Assembly: GCA_001244265.2 (NCBI GenBank)
Contig: CDLV01000005.1
Location: forward strand, 2,046,001 to 2,110,000
DNA: 64,000 nt
Reading direction: 5' to 3'
DNA from: Microbotryum violaceum
Taxonomy: Eukaryota
The notes under the pieces are model-generated. The model ran no database searches. It was not told the origin of the DNA and saw only the letters and a list, made by a program, of their open reading frames with translations. Made by a program: the position numbers and the translations under genes. Positions 60,867-64,000 of this stretch are shown here, piece after piece; within the stretch, counting starts at the first letter, position 1; each line of letters begins with the position of its first letter.

Positions 60867-61711
60867 ATGGCACACGCAGCTGTTTGGTTCTCGCACCCGC
60901 GAAAGTACGGCAAGGGCTCGCGCGGCTGGTAAGCCTTTGTACCGCTCCTGTAGTCCTGAAGGGATCCATCCTGGACCCATCCACGACCCATCGACGCCCA
61001 TGGCGCCCTACGCCTGTCCCCGCGGCTGGATTGCCCGTACGCCCCGTCACACCGCGCACTACCGCACCATGCTTATAATCAGCACACGACACGACCCCTC
61101 TACGGACAATTCGCTGCACACCTTTATACCGCCGGACGAGATACGACATGTGGGAGCAGGGGCACTAGGGGTCACTGATGGGTGCGACGTGCGCTGGGTT
61201 CGCGCTGGCGTGCGATGGGCGGCCCGTTGGCTGCACTGGGCCTGGCTGGGCTGAGCTGGAGCCGAGTAATATAATATAGGCTCAGCTCAGGACGCACCCG
61301 CCGACGGCCATTGCACAACCCTGACCATGCACCTACATCGCAATCCTACTACACACGATCTCCACAATCATCACACTCTCGACACCGGCACAGCAAAGTT
61401 ATCGTGTTGCATGAGCCCAAAAGTACTGACCTCCCCATAATCCCTCTCTTTTCTGAAATAGCCGCGTCTGCACCCACCCCGCTGGTCTCATCCGCAAATA
61501 CGGCATCAACATCTGCCGTCAAGTGAGTAGCCCATACAAAAACAAACGGATAGGACCGTTCTTTTGACTTTCGACGCCTTGACTCGACAGTGCTTCCGAG
61601 AACGCTCCGACCAAATCGGCTTCGTCAAGGTGAGCTCCCAAAGACTCTTTTCGTCCCTGACATAATTCAAAACTAATTCCCATATCATTTGTCCTCCACT
61701 AGAACCGTTAA
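60867..61711 (+). CDS. RPS29: 40S ribosomal protein S29 (uS14), 4 exons; not in the ORF track
   Basis: [56 protein letters not shown] with GT-AG introns. Confidence 0.97.
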
Positions 61712-62911
61712 AACCACCCCGTCTCGCATACGCAGTAGAAACAAAAGATGTGGATCGCACCCTAACTAGGCCGCGCAACACACGAAAGAATCCCCAAAAA
61801 ACCCTACACGCTGAAACGACTTCTGGACTTTTCTCTGCTCGTTCTCAAACTTCTTTCTTCATTCTCGCCCCTTTGTTCATCTCCTTCCACTCCTCGCCTT
61901 TCTTTGGACACCAAAACAAAAACACAATTCGCCTTTTTTTTACCGCGTGAATGGACCTCCGGCCCGAACCCATCGTCGGATACTTTCTCGGGAGACGTCA
62001 AATTCCGGTCAAGGTCGCTGGATGACATGGTAGGATCGTGAGGAATTCGCTTTTCGGGAACTTGTCGAGTGGAACTGGGGGACGTTGAAGAGAAGGAAGA
62101 GGGAGATGGGGTCTTGCATTGTTTGTTTTGAGAGGGCGTTGTTTTGGTGGAGGGGGAATTTTGGGTTATTCTTTTAGGTGTGCAAAAGCTTGGTGTGGGG
62201 GAACTCTACCAATATGTTTTATTCCTTTTCCGTCTTTAGTTGGGAAGAGAGAGCGAGTGTGAGCGGTGAGGTCTGTTCCAAATTTTCGAAGCGAAAGAAA
62301 AAGAGACATGCACTCGACTGTTTGGATTGGTGCGAGATTTGTCTCTAGTATATGTCAAGTTGTCATAATGCGAGAAGAAAAAAGAAAAGGCAAAGAAAGT
62401 AACGTGATTGAGGAAAAATGACAAGCGAAAAATGTAAGAGAGGTTCAGGAGCAATCGGAAGAGAAAAAGGGAAACTACTCTGGAAAGAGAAAGCGCACGA
62501 CACGTGATGCACAGATGAACGAGGTCAAAACGAAAGTGAGTGATCGGAGATGAAATTTGTGCAAATGCCCAAGGTCGTAAAAAGCGATGACAGAATGCGA
62601 AACGAGATGGGCCGTTAAGAGTGAGAAGAAAGCGTCAAGCTTTCATGTAAGAGGGCGTTAAGTAAGTGCGAGAAAGGCTTTGCGTGCAGAGGAAGTACGT
62701 TCGACGGAAGGTGGACATGTATAGGGATGCGAAGGCGAAGCGAACAGTTTTGGAACGGCGAAAAACGGGTGGGGGATCGAGCAATGTGACGAACGAGGAT
62801 GAAGAAGCGTCGGGTCGCCGGGACCGTAAGGCTTTCGGTCCTTCGGAGAAGGCGTAGAGAGAGGTCGGGTCATATCGTTTGGACCCGTTCTTTTGGGTGA
62901 TATGGGAGAGC

Positions 62912-64000
62912 TCAAACGACTGTGCGAACGGAATTGAAAAAGCGGTGAGTGCAAGTTCGAAGGAGGTTCAAGTGCGAGCGTCCGAGCTTACAGAAATGGG
63001 TATAGGGCCTCGAGCTAGGGTGCACGTCCATCTCCTCCATCTTGTACGAGTTGAGCTCCTCCTTGATCTGCTGCGCCAACGTCGGCGTCAAGCGGTTGCA
63101 CGTCGCCGGCTCGGCACGGCGGTCGTAGATGGATGCGGGCCAGGTCGTATGGACGGACAGGTTGGGCGCAAAGACGATGCGACGCGCGGGCGAGACAGGG
63201 GAACGCAGAGGAGAGGCCGTGCGGCCCAGGCGATCGAGGACAGGGGCCGATACGTTCGCCGATGGGTTCGAATATGGGCTCGTAGGACCGCTCATGCCGC
63301 GGGGCGAAGCGGAACGAGGCGAGTTGGATCCCGAGTTTGCCGGCGGGTGAACGAGACCGTCGAATCGGTTCTCGAACGCCGTCATAGTCGTGATGCGCGC
63401 CGTTTTGCCGCCGTTGTGGAGCTCGTGGGACATGTGCGAAGCGTCGTACGAGCTCGCACGAACGCGAGGGAACTGCGGCTTGGCGAGATCAAACTCGTCT
63501 TGTCGGTACGAACTCGCACCCTTGAGGATCCCACGGGGTACGATGGGACGCAAAGGCTCGCGGCGCAGGCTGTGGTTGAGACTAGGTTCGTATTCGGGCT
63601 CGCTGTCGTGACCACCGACACTGCGGCCGAACAAGGGCTGGTGGGAGAGGATCTCGACGCCATCCGTGGTCGCGCTCGACTGGGTGCGGCCGTCGTGGTA
63701 AAAGTCCGCGACGCCGGTCGTGGGCGGCGTTCTGGGCGTCGGGGTCGATCTCCCCGACAACTCCGCCGTGGTGAGATGCGGCGACGTCGCCGAGACTGAG
63801 TTGGAACCAAAGCCGAGACTCCACTTGCGACGAGGCTTGGTCCGCTCTTTGTCACCTTCAGCCACCGAGCTTTCAGGAAAGTCGGGCGTCTTGGAGCGAC
63901 CCCACCCAACGCCAGCCGACGACGAGACGCTAGCATTGCGTTCGTGGGCAGCAGCGACGGCCTGCGCGCGGAGACGATCGGCCTCGGCAGCGGCAGCGGC
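62912..64000 (-). CDS. Bni4-like PP1-targeting protein, 3' part (gene continues beyond the window)
   Basis: RRIVF (RVxF-type) followed by YDRRAEPATCNRLTPTLAQQIKEELNSYKMEEMDVHPSSR..THF. Frame is open to the window edge; final intron about 62920-62991. Confidence 0.85.
   Translation of the reverse strand, partial: AAAAAEADRLRAQAVAAAHERNASVSSSAGVGWGRSKTPDFPESSVAEGDKERTKPRRKWSLGFGSNSVSATSPHLTTAELSGRSTPTPRTPPTTGVADFYHDGRTQSSATTDGVEILSHQPLFGRSVGGHDSEPEYEPSLNHSLRREPLRPIVPRGILKGASSYRQDEFDLAKPQFPRVRASSYDASHMSHELHNGGKTARITTMTAFENRFDGLVHPPANSGSNSPRSASPRGMSGPTSPYSNPSANVSAPVLDRLGRTASPLRSPVSPARRIVFAPNLSVHTTWPASIYDRRAEPATCNRLTPTLAQQIKEELNSYKMEEMDVHPSSRPYTHFCKLGRSHLNLLRTCTHRFFNSVRTVV

Overview
This is intron-rich, GC-rich fungal DNA. 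I infer a basidiomycete, probably Microbotryum-like, from gene structure, transposon content and CpG/TCG-biased C>T changes. It has three zones. (1) 0.7-18.5 kb is a nest of transposons. A decayed Mutator-like (MULE) element, whose spliced transposase is fused to SWIM and Ulp1-like protease domains, is bracketed by long inverted repeats built of 22-23 bp units. It contains an internally inverted Copia element and a Helitron remnant that itself holds a second Copia. (2) 18.8-38.8 kb and 58-64 kb carry host genes: an NCS1 permease, an uncharacterised Cys-rich protein, VMA13, an MFS transporter, KEX1, MFAP1, an LSM/Naa38-like protein, divergent RPS8/RPS29 and a Bni4-like protein. (3) 40.98-56.33 kb is the standout: 12 co-oriented, poly(A)-tailed L1/Tx1-like non-LTR retrotransposon segments from at least three families, stacked head-to-tail. 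The stack ends about 20 bp upstream of a tRNA-Tyr(GTA) gene, and the ACCG(C) motif at tRNA positions -22..-18 recurs at most junctions. This pattern indicates repeated insertion at one Pol III gene start. A 73-nt tRNA-like cloverleaf with a UUA anticodon lies about 1 kb left of the stack. All calls are from manual reading; no database searches were run.
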